Source of the DNA: Pirellulales bacterium
GTDB taxonomy: Bacteria > Planctomycetota > Planctomycetia > Pirellulales > PALSA-1355
Reading direction: 5' to 3'
NCBI GenBank assembly: GCA_963733035.1
Contig: CAVTBU010000004.1
Location: forward strand, 352,001-416,000
DNA: 64,000 nucleotides
The notes under the pieces were generated by a model. That model was not told the origin of the DNA. It did no database searches and worked only from the letters and a program-made list of their open reading frames with translations. The position numbers and the translations under genes are program-made. This document shows, one piece after another, positions 32,070 to 42,715 of this stretch. Within the stretch, counting starts at the first letter, position 1, and every line of letters begins with the position of its first letter.

Positions 32070-35000
32070 TCACTCGTATAGAACCGGTTCCGAAGACTCG
32101 TCGCTCGTTTGCCTGGTCGCTCTCGAATTGCGACGTGATTTCTTCGGCAAGGTCAGATTCGATAGTGGCCGGAAGACTCGCTTGGGCAATTCCCCGATCC
32201 AATGCATGACTCGCGACGCGAAGAACCGCGTCCCGCTGATCCAATCGATTGTGTAGAAAAACACCGGCGTCAAAAACACGCCGAACAGCGTGACACCCAA
32301 CATGCCGCTGAACACCGCGGTTCCCAAGGTTTGACGCATTTCCGCCCCGGCACCCGTGGCCAGCATCAGCGGCGCCGCACCGAGAATGAAAGCGACCGAC
32401 GTCATCACGATTGGCCGCAACCGCAGTCGGCACGCTTCCAGCGCGGCCTGACGGCGGCTTTCGCCCGATTCGCGTTTTCGTTTGGCAAATTCCACGATCA
32501 GAATCGCGTTCTTGCTGGCCAGCCCCACCAGCACGACAAAGCCGATCTGCGTGAAAATGTTGATGTCCATGTGGGCCATATTGACGCCGATGATCGCGCT
32601 TAACAGGCACATCGGCACGACCAGGATCACGGCTAGCGGTAGCGACCAGCTCTCGTATTGCGCCGCGAGCACCAGAAACACCATCACGACCGCCAGGGCA
32701 AAAATGATCATCGCCGTATTGCCGGCCATCAATTCCAAGAACGCCATTTCGGTCCACTGGGGGGTCATGCCACCCGTCAGCTCCCCAGCCGCCAGTTGTT
32801 CCATGATCGCCAGCGCATTTCGAGAACTGACGCCGGGGATACTCGAACCGTTGATCGAAGCCGCCGGATACATGTTGTAGCGCGTGAGTACGAGCGGGCC
32901 ATTGACGTGTCGGACCGTGGCCAACGACCCCAGCGGCACCATGCGTCCCTCATTGTTGCGAACCTTCAGCTTGGAAATGTCCTCGAGCTCGTCGCGATAT
33001 GGGAAGTCCGCCTGCACGAGCACTTGCCACGTGCGGCCAAACAGGTTGATGTCGTTGACGTACAGCGAGCCTTGATAGACGCGCAGGGTTTCGGCAAAAT
33101 CGCGGAGTGAAACGCCCTTCTCCATGCACTCGCGCACGTCCGGATCGACGTCGAGCATTGGCACGTTTGCCCGAAATGCCGAGAACGCCTTGGCCATTTG
33201 CGGATGCGCATTGGCGGCTCCGACCAGTTGTTCGGTCTGGGCCTGCAGCGCCGCCGGCCCCAGGTCGCCACGATCCTGGATCATCATCGTGAAACCGCCG
33301 GCGCGGCCCACTCCGCGCATCGGCGGCGGCGGAAATACCTGCACCATGGCGTCGGTGATTTTGGTGAACGCCTGATTCAACTTGCCCACGACCGCCATGC
33401 TCGACCGGCTCGGATCGCGCCGCTTGTGGTATTCGTCGAGCCCGACAAACATCGTGCCGAAGTTCGAACCGGCCGCATTCAATGCGAACGACTGACCGCT
33501 GATGCCGGTCACATGCCGTACGCCGGGAGTCGACATCACGGTTTTTTCGATCTGCCGGATCACCGCGGCCGTCCGTTCCTCGGAAGCCGAGTCGGGAAGC
33601 TGGACGCTGATCAGCAGATAGCCCATGTCCTGACCGGGAATGAATCCCTTCGGCGTGCTGACGAACTGCTGGTACGTGAGCAGGACCATACCTCCGTAGA
33701 CGACGAGCACCAGCACGCTGACTCGCAGTAGCAAGCCGACGCCAAACGTATAGACGACTCCCAGCGCGTCAAAGGCGCGATTGAACGCCCAGAATGCGGT
33801 GCCAAGCACCTTGTTCGCGGGCCACGCCAACAGGATTCCAGCCACGGTACCAAGGGCCGTCGCAACCCAAGGAATCGATTCGGGCGCCCATCCGGCTGCC
33901 AGTGGAGAATTGCCAAGCGGCTCGACCAAACGCGCCCAACCCAACCAGCCACCGGCCGCGGCAAAGGCGAACCAAGGCAAAACGCCCGATCGCTTCTGTT
34001 CTGCCTTGGGGCGCAACAGGAGGGCCGTCAGGGCTGGGCTAAGCGTCAGCGAGTTGAACGCCGAGATGATCGTCGACACCGAGATTGTCAGCGCGAACTG
34101 TCGAAAGAATTGTCCGGTGATGCCACTGATGAAAGCACAGGGCACGAATACGGCGCTAAGCACCGCGGCCACGGCCACCACTGGTCCGGACACCTGTTGC
34201 ATCGCCAGCACCGTTGCCGAACGCGGCGACATGCCCTCCTCGATGTGATGCTCGACTGCCTCGACGACCACAATCGCGTCGTCCACAACGATACCGATGG
34301 CCAACACCAGACCGAACAACGTGAGATTGTTCAAGCTGAAGCCGAATAGCGCCATCGCCGCAAACGTGCCCACGATGGCCACCGGCACCGCCAGCAGCGG
34401 AATGATCGCGCTGCGCCAATTCTGCAGGAATACCAACACCACGATCGCGACCAGAATGATCGCGTCGCGCAGCGCCTTGAACACCTCGTTGATGCTCTCG
34501 CGGGTATACGGTGTCGTGTCGAAGCCAATCTCGAAACCCACTCCGGCTGGAAAGGTCGCCTGCAACTCGCGCATCTTTTCGAGCACCAGGTCGTGCGTTT
34601 CCAGGGCGTTGGCCTCCGGCGTTTGAAAGACCACCAAGAGCACCGTTGGCTGGCCATCAAACATGACGTCGAAGTCTTCGTTCTTGGCTCCCAACTCGAC
34701 ACGGCCGATGTCCTTGATGCGAACCAGCCGCCCCTCGGGCGTGCTCTTGACAATCACATCTTCGAACTGTTTGGCATCCTCCAAGCGTCCTAACGTGCTG
34801 AGCGTGACTTCAATTTGCTGCTCACCGCGTATGGGCGGAGCGCCTATCATGCCGGTTGCGACCTGGGCGTTCTGCTCGCGAATCGCGCGAACGACGTCGC
34901 CGGCCGTCATGCCGCGGGCAGCCAGTTGCTCCGGATTGACCCACACGCGAATGCTGTAGTCTCGCTGGCCCATGATCACGATCTCGCTGACCCCCTCGAC

Positions 35001-35507
35001 GCGCAGCAACTCGTCGCGGATCTGCATCAGGGCGAAGTTACTCAGGTAGAGCTGGTCGTATTGCCGATTCGGCGAAATGACCGACAACCCCATCAACACG
35101 TCCGGAGTTCGCTTGCTCACGCGCACCCCGGTCTGCTTGATCACATCGGGTAAGGAGGGCAGCGCCAGGGCCACGCGGTTTTGCACAAGCACCTGGGCCA
35201 TGTCCAAGTCGACGCCTTGCTGGAACGTTACCGACAGACTGTAACCGCCGTCATTCGTGCAACTCGATGACATGTAGAGCATGCCCTCGACGCCGTTGAC
35301 CTGCTGCTCGATCGGGGCGGCCACGCTTCCAGCCACGTCCTCGGCGCTCGCGCCAGGATAAGCACAAGTGACGCTAACGTTGGGTGGTGAGATGGAGGGA
35401 AACTGGGCCAGCGGTAAATTGAAGACCGCAATCCCACCGGCCAGTGTGATCAGGATCGACAGCACGGAAGCAAAGATCGGGCGATCGATGAAGAATCGTG
35501 AAAACAC
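32070..35507 (-). CDS. RND efflux permease (AcrB/HAE1-like), copy 1
   Basis: FFIDRPIFA, GIVVDDAIVVVE, AAQYESW, GLASKNAIL and RLRPIVMTS motifs. Confidence 0.95.
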   Translation of the reverse strand: MFSRFFIDRPIFASVLSILITLAGGIAVFNLPLAQFPSISPPNVSVTCAYPGASAEDVAGSVAAPIEQQVNGVEGMLYMSSSCTNDGGYSLSVTFQQGVDLDMAQVLVQNRVALALPSLPDVIKQTGVRVSKRTPDVLMGLSVISPNRQYDQLYLSNFALMQIRDELLRVEGVSEIVIMGQRDYSIRVWVNPEQLAARGMTAGDVVRAIREQNAQVATGMIGAPPIRGEQQIEVTLSTLGRLEDAKQFEDVIVKSTPEGRLVRIKDIGRVELGAKNEDFDVMFDGQPTVLLVVFQTPEANALETHDLVLEKMRELQATFPAGVGFEIGFDTTPYTRESINEVFKALRDAIILVAIVVLVFLQNWRSAIIPLLAVPVAIVGTFAAMALFGFSLNNLTLFGLVLAIGIVVDDAIVVVEAVEHHIEEGMSPRSATVLAMQQVSGPVVAVAAVLSAVFVPCAFISGITGQFFRQFALTISVSTIISAFNSLTLSPALTALLLRPKAEQKRSGVLPWFAFAAAGGWLGWARLVEPLGNSPLAAGWAPESIPWVATALGTVAGILLAWPANKVLGTAFWAFNRAFDALGVVYTFGVGLLLRVSVLVLVVYGGMVLLTYQQFVSTPKGFIPGQDMGYLLISVQLPDSASEERTAAVIRQIEKTVMSTPGVRHVTGISGQSFALNAAGSNFGTMFVGLDEYHKRRDPSRSSMAVVGKLNQAFTKITDAMVQVFPPPPMRGVGRAGGFTMMIQDRGDLGPAALQAQTEQLVGAANAHPQMAKAFSAFRANVPMLDVDPDVRECMEKGVSLRDFAETLRVYQGSLYVNDINLFGRTWQVLVQADFPYRDELEDISKLKVRNNEGRMVPLGSLATVRHVNGPLVLTRYNMYPAASINGSSIPGVSSRNALAIMEQLAAGELTGGMTPQWTEMAFLELMAGNTAMIIFALAVVMVFLVLAAQYESWSLPLAVILVVPMCLLSAIIGVNMAHMDINIFTQIGFVVLVGLASKNAILIVEFAKRKRESGESRRQAALEACRLRLRPIVMTSVAFILGAAPLMLATGAGAEMRQTLGTAVFSGMLGVTLFGVFLTPVFFYTIDWISGTRFFASRVMHWIGELPKRVFRPLSNLTLPKKSRRNSRATRQTSDESSEPVLYE

Positions 35508-35601
35508 AGCCCGAACCTTTCACCGCCCACGACCGCCGCGCGACTTGGCTCCCTTGGCCAAACGGGGCGGTTGTTGCTCGCAGGAACCTACGCTTCTAGT
35601 G

Positions 35602-36825
35602 TCATCTCGTTTGGCCCGCCGCCGCTTCGGCCATCTCCGACTGTCCGCCGGCGGCCGGTGCCGTGTCGCCGGCGGGTTTCGGATTAACCTCGGCGCCCGG
35701 TCGCACGCGCTGCAAACCGCTAACCACGACACGCTCGCCTGCGGAGATTCCCCCCAGGATCACGCGCTGACTCTTCTGCAGCTTGCCCACCTGCACTCTC
35801 CGATATTGTGCCTTGTTCTGATCGTCGACGACGTACACAAACTTCTGTCCCTGGTCCGTCCCCAAGGCTTGCTCGGGGAGCAGCAACGCGCGATACGGCT
35901 CGCCGATCGGCAAGCGCACGCGCACAAACATACCCGGCGACAGCATCCGATCGGCGTTGCTGAATACGCCGCGGGCCTGCAACGTGCCGGTGCTTGGGTC
36001 GAGTTGATTGTCAAAGTAGTTCACGACACCGTCGTGCGGATATCCGTCCTCGTCAGCCAGGGCCATCTTGACCGGCACGCTCCGTTCATTGCGGGTATTG
36101 ATCGCGCCCTGCTGCTCGGAAGATCTTCGCAGTCGCAGCAGCGTTCGTTCGTCGAGCTCGAAGTAGGCATCCATGGGCTCCATCGAGACGATCGTGGCCA
36201 GCACGGTTTCGTCCGCCCGCACCAGGTTTCCCTGGTCGAGTTGCGTGCGACTAACGCGGCCACTAATCGGTGCCTTGACCTCGCAATAACTCAGGTTCAA
36301 CTTTGCGAGGTCTAAATTGGCCTGCATGATCTCGACCTGCGCCTTGGCTTCCGCCCGATCGCCGGCCACCTGGTCGAACTGCTCTTGGGTAATCGTGCGA
36401 GTCGCGACTGTCTTGCGGGCCCGATCGTAATCGAGCTCGATGCGTTTCAGTCGAGTGGCCGCTTGCAATAAATTTGCTTCGGCACGAGCGACCTCGGCCT
36501 TGTAGAGGCGCGGATCAATTTCGAACATCACCATCCCTTCTTCGACGTCGCGGCCCTCCATGTGTTCAAAGTTGACCTTGTCGATGTAGCCGGTAACTCG
36601 AGCACGCACGTCGATCGTCTTGTCGGCCACGGTGCGACCCGTGAAATCCTCATAGTCAGTCACTTCGCCGGCATGCGGTAATGCAACGAGAACTTCCGGC
36701 GCCGCGGGCGGACCTGGGGGCCCGATTTCGGCCTTGGCCGGCACGCCGCTCTTGGCGCAACCAACGTGGGTCGCGGCCAAGAGCAGCAACAGTAGCCCAC
36801 AGACTTGTCGAACGGCGATCATCAC
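35602..36825 (-). CDS. RND periplasmic adaptor (membrane fusion protein), probable lipoprotein
   Basis: GAGGAGGA RBS, and a GTGATG start overlapping the tetR stop. Lipobox-like HVGC, VRARVTGYI, EIDPR, APISGR, N.LDPSTGT and VVVSGLQRVRPG are present. Confidence 0.92.
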   Translation of the reverse strand: MMIAVRQVCGLLLLLLAATHVGCAKSGVPAKAEIGPPGPPAAPEVLVALPHAGEVTDYEDFTGRTVADKTIDVRARVTGYIDKVNFEHMEGRDVEEGMVMFEIDPRLYKAEVARAEANLLQAATRLKRIELDYDRARKTVATRTITQEQFDQVAGDRAEAKAQVEIMQANLDLAKLNLSYCEVKAPISGRVSRTQLDQGNLVRADETVLATIVSMEPMDAYFELDERTLLRLRRSSEQQGAINTRNERSVPVKMALADEDGYPHDGVVNYFDNQLDPSTGTLQARGVFSNADRMLSPGMFVRVRLPIGEPYRALLLPEQALGTDQGQKFVYVVDDQNKAQYRRVQVGKLQKSQRVILGGISAGERVVVSGLQRVRPGAEVNPKPAGDTAPAAGGQSEMAEAAAGQTR

Positions 36826-37604
36826 GAGCGAGAATCCTCCTCGGGCAGGAGCCCCGAGTTTGCCTTTCGGTTCGCGGTCGAGGCATCGCACTCAACCGAC
36901 TGGCAGTTCTGTTTAAATCGGACTGAGTCGGTGAGGATGCCGTTAAAAACCACGTCGAGAATGTCTTCGGCCTGCGCCTCCGGGGACTTGGTTTGACCGC
37001 TGAAATAGTTGGTAAAAATAGTTCCGTAGAGCAGGTTACCGACCACGTCGGTGATCCGCTCGACCGGCATGCCACGAACCTGCCCGTCGGCAATCAGCCC
37101 TCGATAAATGGCTCGCCAGCGTTCGATGTTGAGCTCGCGATGCTCCATGAACGTGGGGCGCGTACGGTCTTTGAATTGAGCCCGCTCCTGCATCAAGAGT
37201 TCGACAAAAGCGGGATGTTCGGCGAAGAAATCAAGAAAGGCAAGAATGCCGCCGCGGATGCGTTGGAACGAGTCGGTCTCATCGCCGATGCTGGTTTCGA
37301 TGTGCTCGCGAAGCATTCGCATCACACGATCGGCCGCCGCCAGAAACAGGGCTCGCTTGCTGGGAAAGTACCGATAAACCGTTCCCTTCCCGACGCCGAT
37401 CGTCTCGGCGAGCAACTGCGTATCACAATTGGAGTAGCCATGCTCGGCAAACAGCCGCGCGGCCTGGACCAGGATTTCTTCGCGGCGGCCAGCTAGCCGC
37501 TCATCGCATTCAACAGTCTGTTTTTCCGGAGACGGCGCCACGGCACGGCATTCGGTAGGCAGTTTTCGAAGTACGTCAGCCCGACGGACTGACCAGTCAG
37601 TCAA
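36822..37604 (-). CDS. TetR/AcrR-family transcriptional regulator
   Basis: The HTH region reads REEILVQAARLFAEHGY...LAETIGVGKGTVYRYFPSKRALF. The true start may be GTG 37541 rather than TTG 37604. Confidence 0.92.
   Translation of the reverse strand: MTDWSVRRADVLRKLPTECRAVAPSPEKQTVECDERLAGRREEILVQAARLFAEHGYSNCDTQLLAETIGVGKGTVYRYFPSKRALFLAAADRVMRMLREHIETSIGDETDSFQRIRGGILAFLDFFAEHPAFVELLMQERAQFKDRTRPTFMEHRELNIERWRAIYRGLIADGQVRGMPVERITDVVGNLLYGTIFTNYFSGQTKSPEAQAEDILDVVFNGILTDSVRFKQNCQSVECDASTANRKANSGLLPEEDSRS
37587..37602. promoter_or_regulatory. Probable TetR operator (perfect inverted repeat)
   Basis: GACTGAC-CA-GTCAGTC lies just downstream of the predicted -10 of the tetR operon. Confidence 0.7.
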
Positions 37605-37607
37605 CCC

Positions 37608-37637
37608 ATACTAGCACCACCGAACAAAGTTAGTCAA
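37608..37637 (-). promoter_or_regulatory. Sigma70-like promoter of tetR-MFP-RND-RND operon
   Basis: On the minus strand TTGACT (37637-37632) is followed by an 18-nt spacer and TAGTAT (37613-37608). TGC precedes the -10, giving an extended -10. Confidence 0.55.
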
Positions 37638-37760
37638 TCATTGCACGGATGCGCAAATTCCGCCGTCTTTTGGCTTTACTGCCGGTCTGCTCCCGGCTGA
37701 TGCGCCACGGCGACTTGGGCCGTCGTTTGGACAGGTGATGGCCCAAGCGACCGCGAAAGC

Positions 37761-39860
37761 TCAGGACTTCGACGCCGGCTGCGGAACCAGGCCGAGTTGC
37801 AACCACGCACCGACGAGTTGAACGCTTTCAACCCGAAGTGTCGTTTGCTCGTCTCCCGTCAGCGGCAAACGGATGTCCGTGCCTTCGAGTTCTGGTGTGA
37901 GCACCTTGGCCAGTTTTCGTTCAACCGCCAAACGAAGCGTCTGCTGCCGACCACTGACTACGGGAGCGTTACCGTCGCCCGACGCCAGCGGCCTGACCCG
38001 CACGCGTCCCTCCCGCAGAAACACCATGCGCCCGTCGCGCGCCTCGGGCCGATACGAGACATCAACCGTCATCGCCGGGTATTGAACGTCGGCCGAGTCA
38101 AACTTCGTGACGTACAACCGCACGCGTACGAGCCCCTCCTCGAATCGAAAGTCGCAAGGATCTTCGGCGAAAGCGACGTTGAACGAGTCTTTGCTCTCCG
38201 ATTCGCCCTCTTCCGACGTGCGCCCCATTTTCTCGAGTAACTCGGCTCCCGTCAGTTCGCGCCCTGCCAAACCGACAATTGCCTGCTCTTCAAGGGCCGA
38301 GGCAGCGATGTTGAAGACGACTTGGGCGTCACCTGGAGAAGGCGGCGGCGGCGTAGGCGCACCGAACGTCCGCTGTCCCTCGAGTAAACCTTGCCAACGC
38401 AGACGCCCGTCGGCAAAACGGATGCGAATCTCTGGGCTCGGGCGTAGCGATCGGATCCGCGGGTCACGCAACTGCTTGTAATAGGAAGCGTTAAAGTCCT
38501 TGGCCACTTTATTGGCTTCCTCTTTGACCCGTCCCAGAATTGAACCGCGAGCATACGATGCGCTTTCGCGCTCGGCCTGTGGCCGACGGGCGTACGTCTC
38601 ACTGACCGCCTGGCTGCGTCGACGTGGCAAGCCGGGAGAGTCGATGCTTTCGTATACGATGTCGGTCTTTGCGCCGGCGGTCGCCACCCCTGGCTCCAAG
38701 CCGCGTGCGTCAAGCCGAAACGGCTGGGTCGCCGCCAAACGCGTCGTGGCTCGACTCACCACGCGAACCCGGTCCTGACTTCCACTGGTGCGGGCCGTCG
38801 ACGTGCCGCCAAACTTAAGCAACCAACGCCCGACGGCGCTCGACGGCAAGATCTCCGCGCGCATCGTACCCACCAACCGACCGCTTCCAACGCTACGAGT
38901 GCCCGCGAAAACGTCGTTAACCTGATACGGTTCGTCGATCTCTTGCTTGAATTGCGATTGAAGCCACTCGGCGTCGATTTGCACCTCCAGGTTCGGTCGC
39001 GAAAATTCTTTGCGAATCGAGGCCGTCAGACGCGAGGCCTCACCTAGCCGTTCGCGTTGCGAAACCGCGGCGGCGACGCGCGATGTATCCGACGTCTCAG
39101 TCGCCATGGCTACCAGTAGTTCGCCGAGTTCTCGCCAGGCGGCGGCATGTTGCTGGCGGGTTTCACCCGCCAGATACCCTCGCAACAAGCGGATGTACGT
39201 TCGAGCTGCCAATGAGGCCTCGTAAAGCGTTTCGTCGTCCCAGACGGCCGGGGCCGACTGCCAGCGCGTTTCCAGACGATCGAGCAATTCTCCGACTGGC
39301 TTCACGCCGGAAGCTGGAGACGCCAGTGCCCGCGATTCCGGCCAAAACAAGAAAGTTCCCCACTGGCTGTCGGGGTCGCGCACCGATGGCAAGACTTGTT
39401 CAAACTGGTCGAGTTGCCGTTGCCATTTTTCGCGAGCCGCCTCGAGACCTTCGACGGTGCTCGGCTCGTACTCCTCCGCCAAGCGCACGCATTCGCTTGG
39501 CCACTCTGACTGCGGTGACACGATGAGCTCTTGGGCTCGTTCATCCAGCGCTTTTGCCAGCCGCGCGAACGGCGGCTCACTATATTCCGACACGCGTCCT
39601 GACAGCAGTTCGACGACCGCCGCGGACATCACCTCGGGCTCGCCGCGCTCGCCCGCGAGTAGCTCGTACTGCACGTCGGGCAGGTTCAACGCAGCGGCCC
39701 AGGCATTCCAGTCGGCATGGCTATCGTAGCGATTTCGCACCTCCCGCAGCGCCTGTCGCGCTTCGAAGGCTGCAGGAGTGTCGACTTGCCCACTGGCCGC
39801 TGGGAGGGTCGTGACTGTCAACAAAAACAGTAGCGCGACGGTGGAAAAAAATCGAGCCAT
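37761..39860 (-). CDS. Secreted hypothetical protein (699 aa)
   Basis: Long ORF with a GAGGAA RBS and signal peptide MARFFSTVALLFLLTVTTLPAASG. The N-half looks helical and the C-half beta-rich. No motif recognised. Confidence 0.75.
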   Translation of the reverse strand: MARFFSTVALLFLLTVTTLPAASGQVDTPAAFEARQALREVRNRYDSHADWNAWAAALNLPDVQYELLAGERGEPEVMSAAVVELLSGRVSEYSEPPFARLAKALDERAQELIVSPQSEWPSECVRLAEEYEPSTVEGLEAAREKWQRQLDQFEQVLPSVRDPDSQWGTFLFWPESRALASPASGVKPVGELLDRLETRWQSAPAVWDDETLYEASLAARTYIRLLRGYLAGETRQQHAAAWRELGELLVAMATETSDTSRVAAAVSQRERLGEASRLTASIRKEFSRPNLEVQIDAEWLQSQFKQEIDEPYQVNDVFAGTRSVGSGRLVGTMRAEILPSSAVGRWLLKFGGTSTARTSGSQDRVRVVSRATTRLAATQPFRLDARGLEPGVATAGAKTDIVYESIDSPGLPRRRSQAVSETYARRPQAERESASYARGSILGRVKEEANKVAKDFNASYYKQLRDPRIRSLRPSPEIRIRFADGRLRWQGLLEGQRTFGAPTPPPPSPGDAQVVFNIAASALEEQAIVGLAGRELTGAELLEKMGRTSEEGESESKDSFNVAFAEDPCDFRFEEGLVRVRLYVTKFDSADVQYPAMTVDVSYRPEARDGRMVFLREGRVRVRPLASGDGNAPVVSGRQQTLRLAVERKLAKVLTPELEGTDIRLPLTGDEQTTLRVESVQLVGAWLQLGLVPQPASKS

Positions 39861-39869
39861 ACTGGAAAC

Positions 39870-41718
39870 CTATTCCTCGCGGCGCAAGGCGTAATCGTGA
39901 CGTTCCAACTCTCGCCGTCCGGCGAAAATGTGATGCTTGCCGGCGGCAACGACGGTCGCAATCGATCGAATGCCGGCGCGGCCGAGGTGGGCACGTTCGC
40001 GTTCTGCGAGGCGTCTCCAAACAACAGTATTCTCCACAAGCCCGACAGCGGTCCACCTTGCGAGCCGTCGTCCTCGTCGTTCGGTGGTTCCGACGTGGCC
40101 TGAGCATACGATGGCGCCAAGACGTCGTCGAGCCTCGCCATTGCCCACAAGGCACCCGCGGCACCGGCGCGGTCCCTCATCGATTTCCACATTCCGGACC
40201 AGGCGGTCTGGTCTTTCAAAAGTTCACTCCGTGGACCTCCGGCCAGTGTCGAACGCAAGAGTCCCTCGTCCGTGCCAAACAGCATTCGACCTTCTCCCAG
40301 GGCTAGCGCCCGAACGCTAACGACCGAGTCGCTTTCTCCTTCGACAAACAGCGATGCTCCTTCTGGCACCGTCCAAATGTCGTATCCCCCTTTTCGTTCG
40401 TGGCGGACGCGATCGTCGCCCTTGTAAAACCGCGTGAGTGCGCCGGCTACGATCGGCACGTCGCGAACCTGGGCCACGTACAGCGTGCGGTCGCCGTGGG
40501 GCAGAATTTCCGTTTTTGGTCCCTGACGATCGGTGATGTTCAGAATCTCGGGCCCAAGTTGTTCAAAAACCTCGCGACGAAGGTCCACCTGCACGCCCTC
40601 GGGATCATCACGAAGGCCGTCGAGCATATCCTCGAACAATCCGACCCCGTCCGGCCCCGGTTCATTGGCTTCGTCGAACAAGTTGCCGAATCCTTTCATG
40701 GCCTGCGAAAAATTCCATCGCCAGAAAGTGACGCTGGTGATATCGGCAGCGATATATTCCGGCAGTTCCGGCATTGGACCGGGCGGCATGTCGAGCATCC
40801 GGAGCGCTTTCTCGTAGGGGGGGGGAACTTCCATGCGGACTGCGATTTCCCAATCCCGCTGGCTACTCGCCGTGAAGGAAATCCGCCCGGCCAAGGCCTG
40901 GATCGCATCGAAACCGACTTGACGGCTGGAGGCCATTGGATCGGTGGTCGTTTTCTCCGAGGCTCCCTCTTCGGTCGTGCTCGGGGGCGCGTTCGATTCG
41001 GGTTTCGACGTGCTTACCAGTTCCCAAAGTTCCATGGGTCGAATCAACAGCCGCACATCGCCTGGTAGTGACGCGACATCGGTGCCCGCAACAACCATTT
41101 GCTGCCAACTGGGAACGTCGCCCAACGAATTGTCGCGCGTCACGTGCAGCAGTGCGTCAGCCGCGGCGGGAGAATTGGCCACGCCATAAATTCCTGGTGC
41201 GGCAAACAAGACTCGAGGAGACTCGTCATTCCTGTCCGCGGGTGGAGTCAAAGTTGTCAGGGTCGCCCCCGACTGCTTTTCGGTTTTGCTACGAAAGCCT
41301 TGCTCACCAAAGTACTTCGCGGCCGCGGTGAGCGGTCCCTGAGTATCCGAGCCCGTTCCAATGAATATCCAAGCCATTCCCAGTTTGTCGCCGTCCAACG
41401 GAAATACGAACAAACCGCCTGCGTCATGCAGCGATTCGAGTTCGGCCCAATCGAATCCAACCACGGGCGCAAGTTAAGCGGCCCACCCAATTGCCGCCGC
41501 CGCAATTCGGCAATTAACGGCTGGAAGTCCAAACCGGTAAGCGTTTGGCCAATCCGCGTTCGCTGAAACTCCTGGCAGGTCTGCCCGATGTCGCCGCTCA
41601 CAAGCGCCAGGCAGGCCGAACTTGGCACGCGCTCGACGAGACTGGCAATTCCATCGCCCCGGGCAACCGCGCTCGCAAGAAATATTGCCAGGACAAACCC
41701 GAAATGCACCTTGCTCAT
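39870..41718 (-). CDS. Secreted hypothetical protein (~616 aa) with two probable single-base frameshifts (~41458, ~39890)
   Basis: ATG 41718 follows GAGGAAG and gives a signal peptide (MSKVHFGFVLAIFLASAVARG). It joins ORF 39818..41464 as LRPWLGFDW. A second shift gives ITALRREE* at 39870, which removes the overlap with the next gene. Confidence 0.65.
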
Positions 41719-41986
41719 CAAAAAACCCGCTTCCTCAGCCCCTGTCTCGTGGCCCATTCGCGTGCCGCAAACCGGCGGTACGTTGGGAGGTTACTTGCCC
41801 AGAGCCAAGATTGCAGTTTAATGTATGATGGGAGATTTAGGAAATCTGCGTTAAACTGCCGCGTCCAGGTGCGAATCGGCCAAGAAGGCACCCAGCAAAT
41901 GCCCGTCCCGCATTGGCCGGCGCATAAGATGACGGGGCCATTGTCCACGCCCCTACGTTTTGCCCGACCACCTCTCCGGTTCCCCC

Positions 41987-42715
41987 ATGTCGCTACTCGT
42001 CGCCAAGAACGTTTCGAAGGAATATGGGACCGGATCGGTCAAGGTTCAGGCACTGCGTCAGGTGGACGCGGCCGTTGAACTCGGCGAATTTCTGGCGGTG
42101 ATGGGGCCTTCGGGCTGCGGCAAGAGCACGCTGCTGCATGTGCTCGGTGGCATCGATCCGCCGACCTCGGGCAAGGTGTTGCTCGACGGCAAGGACTTAG
42201 GGGGCCTGGACGACACGGCTCGCAGCATTCTTCGTCGGCGTCGCCTCGGCTTCGTATTTCAGCGGATCAATTTGCTGCCCACACTTTCGGCAGTGGAAAA
42301 CGTGGCGCTTCCGCTGCGCATCGATGGCATCGGCCGCAATATCGCACATGCTCGAGCGGCGAGTTGTTTGGAACGCGTGGACATCGCCCATCGGTCGGCT
42401 CATTACCCCCATGAAATGTCCGGCGGTGAACAACAGCGAGTGGCCATTGCCCGGGCGTTGGTAATCAATCCCGCGGTGATCATGGCCGACGAACCGACCG
42501 GGGCGCTCGATAGCCACACGGCCCATCGCATCCTGGAGCTCTTGGTCGATTGTGCTCGTCAAGGACAGACGATCGTAATGGTCACGCACGACCCAAACAT
42601 GGCCCGGCAGGCCAGCCGCGTGCTGGTTATGCACGACGGCCGCATCCAGGACGCTGCCGACCTTCCTGGTGCCGATCAAGCAGCGAGTCTGCCCACGTGG
42701 GGCGAAACGCGATGA
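41987..42715 (+). CDS. ABC transporter ATP-binding protein (LolD/MacB-like)
   Basis: Walker A GPSGCGKST, GFVFQ, MSGGEQQRVAIARAL, ADEPTGALD and VTHD. Confidence 0.95.
   Translation: MSLLVAKNVSKEYGTGSVKVQALRQVDAAVELGEFLAVMGPSGCGKSTLLHVLGGIDPPTSGKVLLDGKDLGGLDDTARSILRRRRLGFVFQRINLLPTLSAVENVALPLRIDGIGRNIAHARAASCLERVDIAHRSAHYPHEMSGGEQQRVAIARALVINPAVIMADEPTGALDSHTAHRILELLVDCARQGQTIVMVTHDPNMARQASRVLVMHDGRIQDAADLPGADQAASLPTWGETR

Noticed and set aside
30793..32256. Long antisense or alternate-frame ORFs over the RND, glgX (16175..17482) and TPR (8194..9552, 8886..10241) genes
   Set aside because: They are mirror translations or Arg-rich nonsense with no RBS or domain evidence.
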